Shown here: one piece after another, positions 63,711-64,000 of the stretch | Numbering within the stretch: the stretch's first letter is position 1 | Layout of the letters: every line of letters starts with the position of its first letter | Assembly: GCF_964213995.1 (NCBI RefSeq) | Contig: NC_135817.1 | Span: forward strand, 49,414,001-49,478,000 | DNA: 64,000 nt | DNA from: Mustelus asterias | Taxonomy: Eukaryota | Reading direction: 5' to 3' | Program-made: the position numbers and the translations under genes | The notes under the pieces: generated by a model | What the model saw: the letters and a program-made list of their open reading frames with translations, nothing else | Database searches by the model: none | Told to the model about the DNA's origin: nothing

Positions 63711-63896
63711 TCGAGTCATGCTTTTCTGCTGTTGCTTCATTCAGAGTTGAAACTCCCTTCCTAATAGCACTGTTAGAGTATCTTCACTGAATGGATTGCA
63801 GCAATTCAAGATGATTTGCCATAACTTTCTTGAGGACTATTATAATAGGCAGTAAATGCTGTATTTGCTTGTTGCACCTACATACCATGTATGAAT

Positions 63897-64000
63897 TGGC
63901 ACAGTGGTTAGAACTGCTGCCTCACAGCACCAGGGACCTGGGCTTGATTCCTGGCTTGGGTCACTGTGCGGAGTCTGTACGTTTTCCCCGTGTTTGCGTG
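63897..64000 (+). mobile_element. V-SINE head, truncated by the window end
   Basis: ggcacagtggttagaactgctgcctcacagcaccagggacctgggcttgattcctggc. Confidence 0.85.

Noticed and set aside
443-64000. tRNA genes
   Set aside because: A/B-box-like heads all continue into the SINE V domain, and no complete cloverleaf was seen.

Overview
Eukaryotic genomic DNA, almost certainly from a shark or other elasmobranch: it carries HE1-type V-SINEs, Deu-domain SINEs and CR1, Penelope and Rex1 repeats. Three spliced vertebrate genes occur in the order known from human Xp11.3. EFHC2 is on the minus strand (coding exons 1-7, 18935->4047, continuing beyond the window's left edge). FUNDC1 is on the minus strand and complete (5 coding exons, 51642->21167, 151 aa). 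KDM6A/UTX is on the plus strand (exons 1-2 at 60158-60460 with a CpG-island promoter). All exons were built by hand from GT-AG junctions and their phases are consistent. Introns and intergenic DNA are a nested mosaic of transposons: a young CR1, a hAT element with 8-bp TSD, Harbinger-type MITEs and a transposase relic, a solo LTR, Gypsy relics and Penelope palindromes. Most notable observations: a U2-snRNA-headed element beside the EFHC2 promoter, an in-frame candidate alternative first exon within a YY1 cluster in KDM6A, a phase-compatible FUNDC1->EFHC2 read-through geometry, an RFX X-box promoter, and a template-switch scar in a CR1 ORF2. Gene and repeat identities come from recalled sequences, not database searches.
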